From an uncultured Alphaproteobacteria bacterium (GTDB lineage Bacteria > Pseudomonadota > Alphaproteobacteria > Bin95), in contig CAXBDI010000001.1 in the NCBI GenBank assembly GCA_963974445.1, forward strand, positions 3,566-67,565: a stretch of 64,000 nucleotides of DNA. The letters run 5' to 3'. The first letter of the stretch is position 1; every line of letters begins with the position of its first letter. This document shows, piece after piece, positions 18,191 to 27,648 of this stretch. The notes under the pieces are model-generated. The model made no database searches. It was not told the DNA's origin and saw nothing but the letters and a program-made list of their open reading frames with translations. Both the position numbers and the translations under genes were made by a program.

Positions 18191-18653
18191 CGACGGTCTC
18201 CGGGCCGGCGATGCGGCCATAGATCGTGCGGCGGGAATCCAGGTTCATCACCCGGATGATCTGGCCCATGCCGCCTTGCTCCAACGCCCGGCCGACCGTG
18301 GTGAGTACAATAGCGCCCTGGCGGAACCGCAGGATGACGCGGGCATTACGTTCGACCAGGGTGATGGGGCCGATCTCCAACTGGCGGATGGGGCGGTCCG
18401 GATACAGGCTGCGCTGCGCCTCCTTGCCGACCACCGCTGCGAGCGATTGCAGGACGTCGGCGGCGGGCCGTAGTGGCACCGGCTTCAGGGCGACATCGCC
18501 GGCGGCGATCACCGTGCCGACCGGAATGGTGCGGGTCGGCGTCACGACCTGCGGTCCGGCTGGCTTAGCCGGTTCCGCCGCCACAGCCGCCCCGCCTGCC
18601 AACCCGATGCAGGCAATGGCGATGGCGGGCAGCATGCGGAATCCTCGGCGCAC
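18177..18653 (-). CDS. flgA: Flagellar P-ring assembly chaperone FlgA
   Basis: 158 aa, signal peptide; …IAAGDVALKPV… and C-terminal …GMGQIIRVMNLDSRRTIYGRI… typical of FlgA; overlaps flgH start by 14 nt. Confidence 0.7.
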   Translation of the reverse strand: MRRGFRMLPAIAIACIGLAGGAAVAAEPAKPAGPQVVTPTRTIPVGTVIAAGDVALKPVPLRPAADVLQSLAAVVGKEAQRSLYPDRPIRQLEIGPITLVERNARVILRFRQGAIVLTTVGRALEQGGMGQIIRVMNLDSRRTIYGRIAGPETVDVGS

Positions 18654-18655
18654 GG

Positions 18656-19441
18656 CTATCGGACCTGGTTGGCCGCGGCCAGCATCTGGTCGGATGCAGT
18701 AATCACCTTGGAGTTCATTTCATAGGCCCGCTGGGCTTCGATGAGCTGGGTGATTTCTGCCACGATATCCACCGACGATTGCTCCAGATAGCCTTGGCGC
18801 ATGGAGCCGCGGCCCTCGGTGCCGGCATCGCCGACCTGTGCGTTGCCGCTGGCCAGCGTGGCGGTGAACAGGTTGCTGCCCCGCGCCTCCAGCCCCTTTT
18901 CGTTGATGAAGGTCGCCAGCGTGATCTTGCCCAGTTCCTGCGGCACCTGATTGTTGTCGAAATTCGCAAAGACCTGACCGTCCGCATTGATACTGATGCT
19001 GCGGGCGTCGACCGGCACGGTGATCTGCGGCACCAGGGGATAGCCCTCGGACGTGACGATCAGACCGTCTGCCGATAATTTCAGGCTGCCGTCGCGGGTG
19101 TAGGCGCTGTCGCCGGAGGGCAGTTCCACCTCGAACCAGCCGCGGCCCTCCAGCGCGATGTCGAACTCGCCGTTGGTCTGGCGCAGCGTGCCTTGGGCCG
19201 ATTGCATCGAGACCGCCGACGTCCGCGTGCCGAGGCCCAGTTGAATGCCGGCGGGCACAACGGTTCCGGTGTCCGACGAGACGTCGCCGGCCCGCTGCGC
19301 CTGCTGGTACAGCAGGTCGGCGAACTCGGCCCGGCGCATGCTGTAGCCGGTGGTGCCGACGTTGGCGATATTGTTGGCGATAACCTCGACCCGGGTTTGC
19401 TGGGCCAGCATGCCGGTAGCGGCGATTTCAAGTGCGCGCAT
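18656..19441 (-). CDS. flgG: Flagellar basal-body rod protein FlgG
   Basis: 261 aa; N-terminal MRALEIAATGMLAQQTRVEVIANNIANVGTTGY and C-terminal …EITQLIEAQRAYEMNSKVITASDQML… rod-protein motifs. Confidence 0.9.
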   Translation of the reverse strand: MRALEIAATGMLAQQTRVEVIANNIANVGTTGYSMRRAEFADLLYQQAQRAGDVSSDTGTVVPAGIQLGLGTRTSAVSMQSAQGTLRQTNGEFDIALEGRGWFEVELPSGDSAYTRDGSLKLSADGLIVTSEGYPLVPQITVPVDARSISINADGQVFANFDNNQVPQELGKITLATFINEKGLEARGSNLFTATLASGNAQVGDAGTEGRGSMRQGYLEQSSVDIVAEITQLIEAQRAYEMNSKVITASDQMLAAANQVR

Positions 19442-19484
19442 GGCGTTCGAGCCTCCTTCTTGCGATGGATGATGGTGGGATGGT

Positions 19485-20225
19485 CTAAGCGGTGTTGCCG
19501 ACGATGTCGGTGACGCTGGTGATACGGTCGTGTTCCGCCTGCAAAACGTTCTGCCCCAGTTCGTAGGCCCGCTGGATCTCGATCATCCGAACCAGTTCAA
19601 CCACCGGATTGACGTTGGACGTTTCGAGAAAGCCTTGCGCGAACCGCGGCCGTTGAATAGCGATCAGCGGCGGTTGAACGGCGGGCAGCGGCTCGTCGGT
19701 GCGGAACAGGCCATTGCCGATACGCTCCAGCCGCGCCGCCTGCGTGTCGAACAACCCCAACTGGCCAATGGTACGGCCGTCGGCGGAGAGCGTTCCATCG
19801 GCGGCGATGGCGATCCGGGTGGCGTTCTGCGGTATTTGCACGGGCGCGCCGCCCGCATCCAGCACCCGTTCGCCGGTCAGCAGCGCAAGCTCGCCGGCGG
19901 GGTTGACTGCGAAGCGGCCGTCGCGGGTGTAGACTGTCTCGCCATCGCGATCGACCGCGATCAGGCCCCGCCCCAGAATAGCGACGTTCAAGGGATCGCC
20001 TGTTTCCGCGATGCTGCCCTCGCTCATGTCGGTAAAGGTCGCCGGGTCCGAACTCATCGAGAGCTTTTGGCCGGATTCCGGCAGTCGCTCGATCACCTCC
20101 GCGAACAGCGTGCCTTCGCGCTTGAAGCCCGTGGTGCTGGAGTTGGCGATATTATTGGCGACCACGTCCATCTGGCGTTGCAAAGCGGTCTGGCGGGCGA
20201 TGGTGACATAGACGGAATTTTCCAT
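19485..20225 (-). CDS. flgF: Flagellar basal-body rod protein FlgF
   Basis: 246 aa; …VTIARQTALQRQMDVVANNIANSSTTGFKRE… and C-terminal …MIEIQRAYELGQNVLQ…. Confidence 0.85.
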   Translation of the reverse strand: MENSVYVTIARQTALQRQMDVVANNIANSSTTGFKREGTLFAEVIERLPESGQKLSMSSDPATFTDMSEGSIAETGDPLNVAILGRGLIAVDRDGETVYTRDGRFAVNPAGELALLTGERVLDAGGAPVQIPQNATRIAIAADGTLSADGRTIGQLGLFDTQAARLERIGNGLFRTDEPLPAVQPPLIAIQRPRFAQGFLETSNVNPVVELVRMIEIQRAYELGQNVLQAEHDRITSVTDIVGNTA

Positions 20226-20232
20226 TACGGCC

Positions 20233-22821
20233 TCACGATCCGGGCGAAGGGGCTGGAAACAACTGGCTGACCTGCTGGCTGCGGGTCAGCACCGCCGATA
20301 TGACATCGGGAAGGGTTAAATTGTCCGGAAGAGGCGGCGCATTCAGAGCCGCTGCGGCATCGCCGAAACCGGCCGCGGCGGCGATCTGCATGGCCCGTCC
20401 GGCCTGGTTACCCAATGGTTCGGTGCCGCCCGCCATGTAACCGGCTGCCAGCGCCCGCAGCGCGACATCGCCGTCGCCGGGCTTCAGGTCTTGGCTGTCG
20501 ATAGTGGCCAGCGCGGTCCGATAGGCCGCCGCGGTGCGGCTCCAGTCGCCGTTGGCCCACAGCAGTCCGGCGGCTATTTCAGCCGCTCGCCCTGGATTTT
20601 CCGGCTTGTCCATTGCAACTGCGGCGGCGTCGGCATAGCGGCCCAACTGCGCCAGTGCCCGACGGCGCAGATCGGCGGTTGGCTGATCGCCGGCCTCGGC
20701 TTTGTCCAACGTCGCCAGCGCTTCCGCAGGATAGCCGGCGCGCAGGCGGGCTTCGGCCAGCATCGTCTGCAACCGGGGATCCGCCTCGGGTTTTGCCGCC
20801 ATCGACGCGACGATGCGCTCGGTCACGGAAGGCAGCCCGGCCGCCAGCATGCGCGACGCCATATGCTTGAGAATGGCCTGGCTGTCGCGGTCTTCGGCCA
20901 ATTGGTGACGATAGTCGGTGTAGAGTTGCAGCGCCGTGGCGTCATCGACGGCGCCGGGCTTCAGCAACGCCTTCTTTAGAAGCGCCCGGGTCTTGGCGTC
21001 GACCGGGGCACGGCTGACCGACTCCGGCAGCCGCTGCGCTGCGCCGCGCAGCTCTTCGAGTGCGGTGGCGACATCGCCGCTGGCCGCGTGCAGATCGGCC
21101 GCCAGCAACGCGACCGGCAACAGGCGTGAGTCGCCGCGGTAGTCGAACAAAGCGCCGCGGACGGCGTCCTTCGCCCAGTCTGGCGGTGGCTCGCCCTTGG
21201 CCAAGGCGTCCTCGATTAGTGCCAGCCGCGCCAGCCGCCGATTTTCCGGCGCACCTTCGATCGCTTGCGACAGATACCAATTCGCCCGGTCCTTCTGCCC
21301 GAGCAGCAGCGCCAGCCGGCCTTGCAGTAAGGCGATCCTGTCAGCGACCGCCTGGGCGGGGGCTGGGTCCGGCGCATCCAGAAACTGGCTCGCAAGGTCT
21401 GCGTCGGCCTGATACAACGCCATCTCCGCCAATTGCAGGGCCAGGACGGTTCGGGGATGCTGCGCGAACTGGGCGAGCGGAAGGACCGCCTCCTTGGCCG
21501 CCCGCGCTGCCAGCCCGCCGAAGCCGTGTGCGTTCAGCAACGCCGCCCGCCAGACTGCGATATCGCGGCGGCAGGGATCTTCGCGCAGCAGCGCATCGCC
21601 CGCCTCCTGACCGCGGCCCAGCAGAATGAGAACGGCATCGACGAGCGCCGGCGATGGCGTGTTGCCGGCGGATAGATAGGCCAGCGCCTCCTGCGTCAGT
21701 CCGTGCGAGAGGTAAAACATCGCCATCTGGCTGACGGCCGCGACACGCTCCAACCCGATGAGCGCCGCGCGCTGGGCGCCGATGGCCCGGGAGAAGTTGT
21801 CACCGCGCCGGTCGATCGCATTCCAGTCGATCAGCGGCGGCTGTATCTGGCCCTCGCAAACCCATGCCGTTGTGTCGATCGGTAACAGGGGCGATGCCAT
21901 GGCGGCGTCTGCTGCGACAGGGCTGTCGGCACGGCTGGGCGGCGGATCGGCTGCGGGTTGCGGTTTGGGTTGCGGCGCGACCTGCACATTCGTGATGTTG
22001 GCAGGCGGCTTGTCGCCGTCCGTGGCGGGCTGTTCGGCATCGGCCTCGCCCGGCCGCTTCATGAAGCCGTGGCGCGCCGCCCATTCCAGCGATTGCCGCA
22101 GCTTGCTGATCTCGTCGGCTGCCAGGGTTCCGTCGGCGGGCGGAGTGAAGCGGGCGGTCGCCGCGGCAGTCTCGTCGCCCGTTGCCGGACCGGGCCGCGG
22201 GGCATTCGAGGGGGCGCCGTCGCCCCCGCTTTGCCCGGCGATTGCCGAGCCATCGTCGGGCCGACGGCCGGCTGGGCGTGGCCGCGGAAAGGGGCCCGCG
22301 ATAGCCGCTATTTGTGCCGCCGGGCCGGCCAGTGACGCGGGCGGCGGTTGCGGTGCTGCGTTTGCGGCTGCCCGTGCCGGGGTGGCGGAGGACGTGGCCT
22401 CGGCTGGTTTGACGGCCTCTTTGTCCCGAACTTCCACCAGCACCCGCTGATTGGCGTCGAGTGCGATGGAGGCGGCGCAATCGCAGGTGAAGCGCAAAGC
22501 GAAGGCCGCGCCATTCGGCCGGTCTTCCGGTCCGGCGAAGGTGATGCGGCTGGCCCGGCGGCGCGGATAGACCTCGTCGAACGCAAACCTGATGTTGGCG
22601 CCCGGGAACAGCACCGTTATCTGGCGGTCGGATTGCTCCACCCTGAAACCGCCGGTGGGCGTGAAGTTGAACGCGACGCGCGAGCTTGCGCCGACATCGC
22701 CGGCGCTGACCCTGACCAGCGTGGACCGGCCGTCTTCGGGCTCCGCCGCAATCGATGGCGCAGCGCAGAACAGACTTGCTGCGATCCAAAGGCCGGCCAG
22801 TGCGAACGGATATCCCAGCAT
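20233..22821 (-). CDS. Large secreted TPR-like/Ala-Pro-rich protein embedded in the motA-flgF operon (uncharacterised)
   Basis: 862 aa; signal peptide MLGYPFALAGLWIAASLFCAAPSIAAEP; ~120-aa beta-rich N-domain, ~170-aa Pro/Ala linker, ~500-aa Ala/Leu-rich helical repeats; 3-nt gap to motA stop and 7-nt gap to flgF start. Confidence 0.55.
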   Translation of the reverse strand: MLGYPFALAGLWIAASLFCAAPSIAAEPEDGRSTLVRVSAGDVGASSRVAFNFTPTGGFRVEQSDRQITVLFPGANIRFAFDEVYPRRRASRITFAGPEDRPNGAAFALRFTCDCAASIALDANQRVLVEVRDKEAVKPAEATSSATPARAAANAAPQPPPASLAGPAAQIAAIAGPFPRPRPAGRRPDDGSAIAGQSGGDGAPSNAPRPGPATGDETAAATARFTPPADGTLAADEISKLRQSLEWAARHGFMKRPGEADAEQPATDGDKPPANITNVQVAPQPKPQPAADPPPSRADSPVAADAAMASPLLPIDTTAWVCEGQIQPPLIDWNAIDRRGDNFSRAIGAQRAALIGLERVAAVSQMAMFYLSHGLTQEALAYLSAGNTPSPALVDAVLILLGRGQEAGDALLREDPCRRDIAVWRAALLNAHGFGGLAARAAKEAVLPLAQFAQHPRTVLALQLAEMALYQADADLASQFLDAPDPAPAQAVADRIALLQGRLALLLGQKDRANWYLSQAIEGAPENRRLARLALIEDALAKGEPPPDWAKDAVRGALFDYRGDSRLLPVALLAADLHAASGDVATALEELRGAAQRLPESVSRAPVDAKTRALLKKALLKPGAVDDATALQLYTDYRHQLAEDRDSQAILKHMASRMLAAGLPSVTERIVASMAAKPEADPRLQTMLAEARLRAGYPAEALATLDKAEAGDQPTADLRRRALAQLGRYADAAAVAMDKPENPGRAAEIAAGLLWANGDWSRTAAAYRTALATIDSQDLKPGDGDVALRALAAGYMAGGTEPLGNQAGRAMQIAAAAGFGDAAAALNAPPLPDNLTLPDVISAVLTRSQQVSQLFPAPSPGS

Positions 22822-22824
22822 CGG

Positions 22825-23706
22825 TTATGCCGCCAACGGCACGACGCCGCTTTTGACGGCGTCCAGTGCTTCTTCGATTTCCAGGAAGGATGGCTGGACA
22901 TGCGCCGGGACGCTCTTCCGCCCGACCTCAATGCAAATATTTGGCTGATGCCGGTTCAGATACGCGACAAAGACGTCGCGGATCAGGTTATAGAAACGCG
23001 CTTCTTCCTCGTGGATCGCTCGTATTCTGGCGGCGAGCGGGCCGACGACGCCGTATGACAGAAATACACCCAAAAACGTGCCGACCAATGCGCCGCCGAT
23101 CATTTTGCCCAGAATTTCCGGCGGTTGGTCGATGGAGGCCATGGTCTTGATCACACCCATCACCGCGGCGACGATGCCCAACGCCGGCAGGCCGTCGGCC
23201 ATTGTTTGCAGTGCGGTGGATGTCGCAAGAATCTCTTCGTGATGCTTGTCCAGATCGCGGCCCATGACATCGTCGAGTTGATGCGGGTTGTCGAAACTCA
23301 TACCGACCGCGCGCAGATAGTCGCAGATCATGCCGATGGCATGATGATCGTGCAAAATATTCGGGTAGCGATTGAAGATGGTGGAATCGTGGGGGTTTTC
23401 GATATGCGATTCGACCGCCATGGGGTTGGCGCGGCTCAGGCGCACCAACTCGAACAGCAAGCAGAGCAAGGCCGTATAATCCGCCTTCTTCCACTTGGCG
23501 CCCTTCAGCGCCTTGCCCAGGTCCTTGCCCGTTTGTTTGAGGACGGTGACGCCGTTCGCGATCATGTAAGCGCCAATTGCGGCGCCGCCGATGATCAGGA
23601 ACTCGAAGGGCAAGGCTTTCATGATGATATCGAGCTTGCCGCCGGCCGCTACATAGCCGCCGAACACACTTCCCAGCACCACCATCACGCCGATGATCGG
23701 CAGCAT
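22825..23706 (-). CDS. motA: Flagellar motor stator protein MotA
   Basis: ORF to 23736; start 23706 (MLPIIGVMVVLGSVFGGY…); four TM segments and conserved C-terminal plug/helix region of MotA. Confidence 0.85.
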   Translation of the reverse strand: MLPIIGVMVVLGSVFGGYVAAGGKLDIIMKALPFEFLIIGGAAIGAYMIANGVTVLKQTGKDLGKALKGAKWKKADYTALLCLLFELVRLSRANPMAVESHIENPHDSTIFNRYPNILHDHHAIGMICDYLRAVGMSFDNPHQLDDVMGRDLDKHHEEILATSTALQTMADGLPALGIVAAVMGVIKTMASIDQPPEILGKMIGGALVGTFLGVFLSYGVVGPLAARIRAIHEEEARFYNLIRDVFVAYLNRHQPNICIEVGRKSVPAHVQPSFLEIEEALDAVKSGVVPLAA

Positions 23707-23811
23707 TGTCGTCCCCGTTTCAATTTCCAGTAACAAGACCGGCGCAGCGGCGGCAGGCCGTCACGCTGGCGCGATGATGGCGCAAAAGCCTTAATAGGAC
23801 GCTGCAACCAA

Positions 23812-24651
23812 TCATTTTTGGCGCACGGCGCTGGATTTACCGGCCAGCAACAGGCTGATCGCATAGGCGTTTTGCGGCTCCATGTTTGCCATGATTTGCG
23901 CAGAACTGTTTTGGCGCATCCTGCGGACGAAGCCGGCACCGATTTCCGGCGGCATCTGGTCGAAGATCAGGGCCGCCTGTTTCGGTTTCATTTTCTCGTA
24001 GATCGAAACCAGTTGCATCGCCTCCTCCTCCGCCACGGCTCCCGCCTTACCGAACGCTGACTCCAACGCGGACTGTTGGCGGGCCAGTTCCCCGAGTTGG
24101 GCCGCGACGCGCTTTTCCGTCACTTCCAATTCGCGCCGGCGGGTATCCAGGCGCATGGCCATGGCCGAGAGTTCCTGCTCGCGCTCCAGCGCTGCGGCGA
24201 GGAACGCGCCATCGATACAGCGCTTGTCGTCATTCATGCCGCTCACGCCCATAGATTTCCCCGACGGGAGCATTTCGGGCGAGGCCGTGCCGGACTCGCC
24301 GGCCGTCACTGGCGGCGGCGTTTTTGCAGCGGCTTCGGGGCCGGTCGGCGCTTCGGCATCGCTGCCGTTGGCCGGCATGGCTTGCACAGCGTCTTGCGGC
24401 ACCGATGCGGCAATATCGCCGGGGTTGGTGTCGCTGGCTGCATAGGCGCTGCTTGAGAGGGCATCGGCAATCTCTTGGCGGAGGCCGTTCGCCCGCAGAA
24501 CCGCGGAGGCGAGGAAAATGCAGGCGATGAGATAGAGCGCGCTGGAGCTACGCTGCCTGGCCCGGCGCGCCAGTTGTGCGATACGTGGGGCGGTCGTGCC
24601 GGTTTTGGCGGAAGCGCGGCGGTTAGGGCGCTGGGTCGGTGTGTCAGTCAC
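23812..24651 (-). CDS. MotE/FlbB-like flagellar protein (C-terminal MgtE_N-like domain)
   Basis: 279 aa; N-terminal TM, Pro/Ala-rich spacer, coiled coil, C-terminal …LVSIYEKMKPKQAALIFDQMPPEIGAGFVRRM… resembling the MgtE_N domain of MotE/FlbB-type proteins. Confidence 0.45.
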   Translation of the reverse strand: MTDTPTQRPNRRASAKTGTTAPRIAQLARRARQRSSSALYLIACIFLASAVLRANGLRQEIADALSSSAYAASDTNPGDIAASVPQDAVQAMPANGSDAEAPTGPEAAAKTPPPVTAGESGTASPEMLPSGKSMGVSGMNDDKRCIDGAFLAAALEREQELSAMAMRLDTRRRELEVTEKRVAAQLGELARQQSALESAFGKAGAVAEEEAMQLVSIYEKMKPKQAALIFDQMPPEIGAGFVRRMRQNSSAQIMANMEPQNAYAISLLLAGKSSAVRQK

Positions 24652-25282
24652 TCACCGCCCTCTCACTCACCGCCGCAGCGCTGCCATTGAGATGGCGCGA
24701 GCGCATCGGCATGACATCCGGCAGCGGGTCCTCCCCAGCGCCGCCCATCCCGACACCAGCCTCGGCTTGACCCTGCATCACGGCTTCCAGCAGCAATATC
24801 TCGGTTTCGTCTTCGTAGTAGCGCGGACAAGATGCCTGATCTGGGGATGCCTCGAACCCGTCCGCCGCCGTATCGGCATCCGCAGTCTGGCCGGCCTGCC
24901 GGCGGCTGTCTCTGGCCGCGTTGACGGCACTCCGCAGGTGGCCGATGATCTGGCGGGCATCGGTTAATTTTCGATCCAGAACCGCCAATTGGTCCGTGCC
25001 ATCCTCCAGAAGGGCGGCAGTACGCTCGGCGATGGCGCGTGCTTCCTGCAAATGCTGCTCCAGCGCTTCCGACTCGGTTCGAGCCGCTGCCCGTGTCTGG
25101 CTGAGGCTGGAGTTGAGCCGCTCTACCGCCTTCACCATGTCGGCGACGCCCTTGCCGACACCCTGGTCGGCGCTGGCCAGTCGGCGGACGCGGCGCGACA
25201 GCACGATGCAGTAGAAGCACGCGGTCAAGCTGGCGGACAATAACCCGCCGTCGACCAGAATATTCAACGCATCCATAATCAC
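24644..25282 (-). CDS. Hypothetical membrane-anchored coiled-coil protein (flagellar cluster)
   Basis: 212 aa; N-terminal TM (MIMDALNILVDGGLLSASLTACFYCIVL) then predicted coiled coil; 8-nt overlap with downstream gene. Confidence 0.4.
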   Translation of the reverse strand: MIMDALNILVDGGLLSASLTACFYCIVLSRRVRRLASADQGVGKGVADMVKAVERLNSSLSQTRAAARTESEALEQHLQEARAIAERTAALLEDGTDQLAVLDRKLTDARQIIGHLRSAVNAARDSRRQAGQTADADTAADGFEASPDQASCPRYYEDETEILLLEAVMQGQAEAGVGMGGAGEDPLPDVMPMRSRHLNGSAAAVSERAVSD

Positions 25283-25354
25283 CTCCCGGGCGTTAGAATC
25301 GGGCAGCCGGCACCGGACGGCGGTGGCGTCGCCTGCCCCGTGTCGCTGTTGGGT

Positions 25355-25852
25355 TTAGCGCAGCAGAAACTCCGCGATCAGCACCGCTTTCACCGCCTCA
25401 TCGCCGGTCACCAACCGCACCCGGCGTAGCATCTCGGCCCGCAGCCGCTCCATCGCCAGGATCGATGAGACATCGCGCTCGTCCACCGCCCGCAAAAAAA
25501 TGTTCAGCGTATCGACAATCCGCGGTTCCGCTTGCCGGACGCTCTCGGCGGACTTGGGGTCGATTTCCAGGTGCAGTTTCGTGCGCAGGAACTGCGCCGT
25601 GGCGCCACCGCCCAGCGGGATGGTGAATTCCGGCAGGCTGTGAAACGTCGGCGGTGTTTGGTTGATATTTTTGGTGTCCTGTTGCGGGTCGAGGTTGTCG
25701 GCATCGCTTTGGCCGACGAAGGGGATGGGGATCAGGCCCATCATCCCAGCGGCAAACCCGCCGCCGCCGCCCAGGACGATGACGGCCAGCAACACGATAA
25801 GCCCTTTTGCGCCGCCCTTTTTGGGAGGCCCTTCGGCAACGACTTCTGTCAA
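25355..25852 (-). CDS. FliL-like flagellar basal body-associated protein (second paralog)
   Basis: 165 aa; TM (LIVLLAVIVLGGGGGFAAGMMGL) then …FHSLPEFTIPL… and …LHLEIDPKSAE…, the FliL-family pattern. Confidence 0.5.
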   Translation of the reverse strand: MTEVVAEGPPKKGGAKGLIVLLAVIVLGGGGGFAAGMMGLIPIPFVGQSDADNLDPQQDTKNINQTPPTFHSLPEFTIPLGGGATAQFLRTKLHLEIDPKSAESVRQAEPRIVDTLNIFLRAVDERDVSSILAMERLRAEMLRRVRLVTGDEAVKAVLIAEFLLR

Positions 25853-26010
25853 GGTACACCTACCCGCCTTTTCTTGTGTTTGGCGGACAATACAGCCGGC
25901 ACCTAAACGGGTTATTAATCTAACTAAATCACGATCTTGGTGGATGCTTTATAGAAGCAGCAGGTCCTGATGGATCAACCTGTAGCCAATCTAGCCAGAA
26001 GGCGGTTCGA

Positions 26011-27648
26011 GTGAGCATGGAACGGCTCGTCGAAAATTTGCAGAAGCTTGGAGCCGGGCGCCTTGTAGCGCTCGGCCTCGGCGTGGCTGCAACCATTGCG
26101 GTGGTCGGATTCCTTGCCATTTCCACGACCCGGCCTGATTTCGCACCGCTGTATTCCGGGCTCGACGCGAAGTCCGCCGGCGAAATCGCGGCGCGTCTGG
26201 ATAGTCTGGGCATTCCCTACGAGGTCTCGGGCACCACTCTGCTGGTGCCGGCTATGGCGCGCGACCGGGCGCGCATGACCCTGGCGGGGGAGGGGCTGCC
26301 GCGTCAAGGCCAGGCCGGATACGAACTGCTCGACAATCTGGATGGCTTCGGCGTCACCGCCGATATGTTCGACGCGACCTACTGGCGGGCGAAGGAGGGC
26401 GAGCTGGCTCGCACCATCACCGCGCTCGACAATGTGCAAAGCGCCCGCGTTCATATCGCTCGGCCCACCCGCACCGCCTTTTCGCGCGAGCGTGTGGCGC
26501 CGTCGGCCTCCGTTGTCGTGACCACCGGCAGCGGCGCGCAGCTGAGCCGGCGGCAGGCATTCGCCGTCCGTCATATCGTCGCGCTCGCGGTTAAAGCGCT
26601 CGATCCCGGCCGGGTGACGGTGATCGACAGTTTCAACGGCCTGGTGCTCGGCCCGGACGAGGGCGAGGACGGCATGAGCGCCGACGACGCCCGCATCGCG
26701 CGGGAGGCGCGCATCCGCAGCGAGTTGGAGGCTCTGCTGAGTGCTCATGTCGGCGCTGGGCGAGTGCGCGTCAGCGTGGCGGTGGAGACCGACAACGAAA
26801 CCGAGTCCGTCACCGAACGGGTATTCGATCCCGAAGGCCGCGTCGCTATCCATAGCGACACGACCGAATCCTCGGAAAATACAGTCGAGCCGGCTGACGG
26901 CGGCGCCGAGGGCGCGGTCGGTGTCGGCGGCAACTTGCCGGAGGGGCAGGGGCAAGGCGGCGGGGCGGCCGGTTCCAGCCAAAAAACCAGCACCAAGGAA
27001 CGGGTCAACTACGAAGTGTCGGAAGTTCGGCGCGAGCGGCGCAAGCTGGCCGGCGCGATCAAGCGAATTTCCGTTGCCGTGCTGGTCGATGGTACGCTGG
27101 CGACCGATGCGAACGGCGAGACTGCCTGGCAGCCGCGTTCGGCTGAGGATCTGGATACCATCGGCAAGCTGGTGCGCTCGGCCATCGCATTCGATGCGGA
27201 GCGCGGCGATGTCGTCACCGTCGAAAACCTGCAATTCGCCATTTCCGCCCAGGACGAGACCACCCCGGCGAACAGCGGCCTGTTAGGCGCATTTGCCGGA
27301 AACCTGGTCGATTTGGTCGAGATATTGGGGCTCGTCGCTATCGTTGCGCTGCTGATGTGGTTCGTGGTTCGGCCACTGACCAGCGGCCGGGCGTTCGAAT
27401 CGCCGGCGGACGAACCGCTGGCCCTGCCCGAGCGCGAGGCGGCGGACGCCGGCGACGACCCGGCGGAGGAAGCTGACGACGCCGAGTTCACCGAGGCCGC
27501 CAATGAAGATAGCGGCCCGATCGAAGCATTGCCTGCCAACAACAGCCACGTGGCGCGCCTGCACACTGTCGTCGACGATCACCCGGACGAATCCTTCGCG
27601 CTCATCCGCAAATGGCTGCACGAGACCGATGAGGAGGAGGCGGCATGA
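26011..27648 (+). CDS. fliF: Flagellar M-ring protein FliF
   Basis: 545 aa; N-terminal TM, …LDSLGIPYEVSGTTLLVPAMARDRARMTLAGEGLP…, C-terminal TM and acidic tail; GTG 26011 or ATG 26017. Confidence 0.9.
   Translation: MSMERLVENLQKLGAGRLVALGLGVAATIAVVGFLAISTTRPDFAPLYSGLDAKSAGEIAARLDSLGIPYEVSGTTLLVPAMARDRARMTLAGEGLPRQGQAGYELLDNLDGFGVTADMFDATYWRAKEGELARTITALDNVQSARVHIARPTRTAFSRERVAPSASVVVTTGSGAQLSRRQAFAVRHIVALAVKALDPGRVTVIDSFNGLVLGPDEGEDGMSADDARIAREARIRSELEALLSAHVGAGRVRVSVAVETDNETESVTERVFDPEGRVAIHSDTTESSENTVEPADGGAEGAVGVGGNLPEGQGQGGGAAGSSQKTSTKERVNYEVSEVRRERRKLAGAIKRISVAVLVDGTLATDANGETAWQPRSAEDLDTIGKLVRSAIAFDAERGDVVTVENLQFAISAQDETTPANSGLLGAFAGNLVDLVEILGLVAIVALLMWFVVRPLTSGRAFESPADEPLALPEREAADAGDDPAEEADDAEFTEAANEDSGPIEALPANNSHVARLHTVVDDHPDESFALIRKWLHETDEEEAA

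Noticed and set aside
20491-22789. Several 60-330-aa ORFs on both strands inside the 862-aa gene (e.g. 21800..22789 -, 21758..22450 +)
   Set aside because: Shadow frames of a long high-GC gene; Arg-rich, no signal or domain features.
25975-27234. 419-aa minus-strand ORF antisense to fliF
   Set aside because: Antisense to a strongly conserved gene; composition Arg/Gly-rich.
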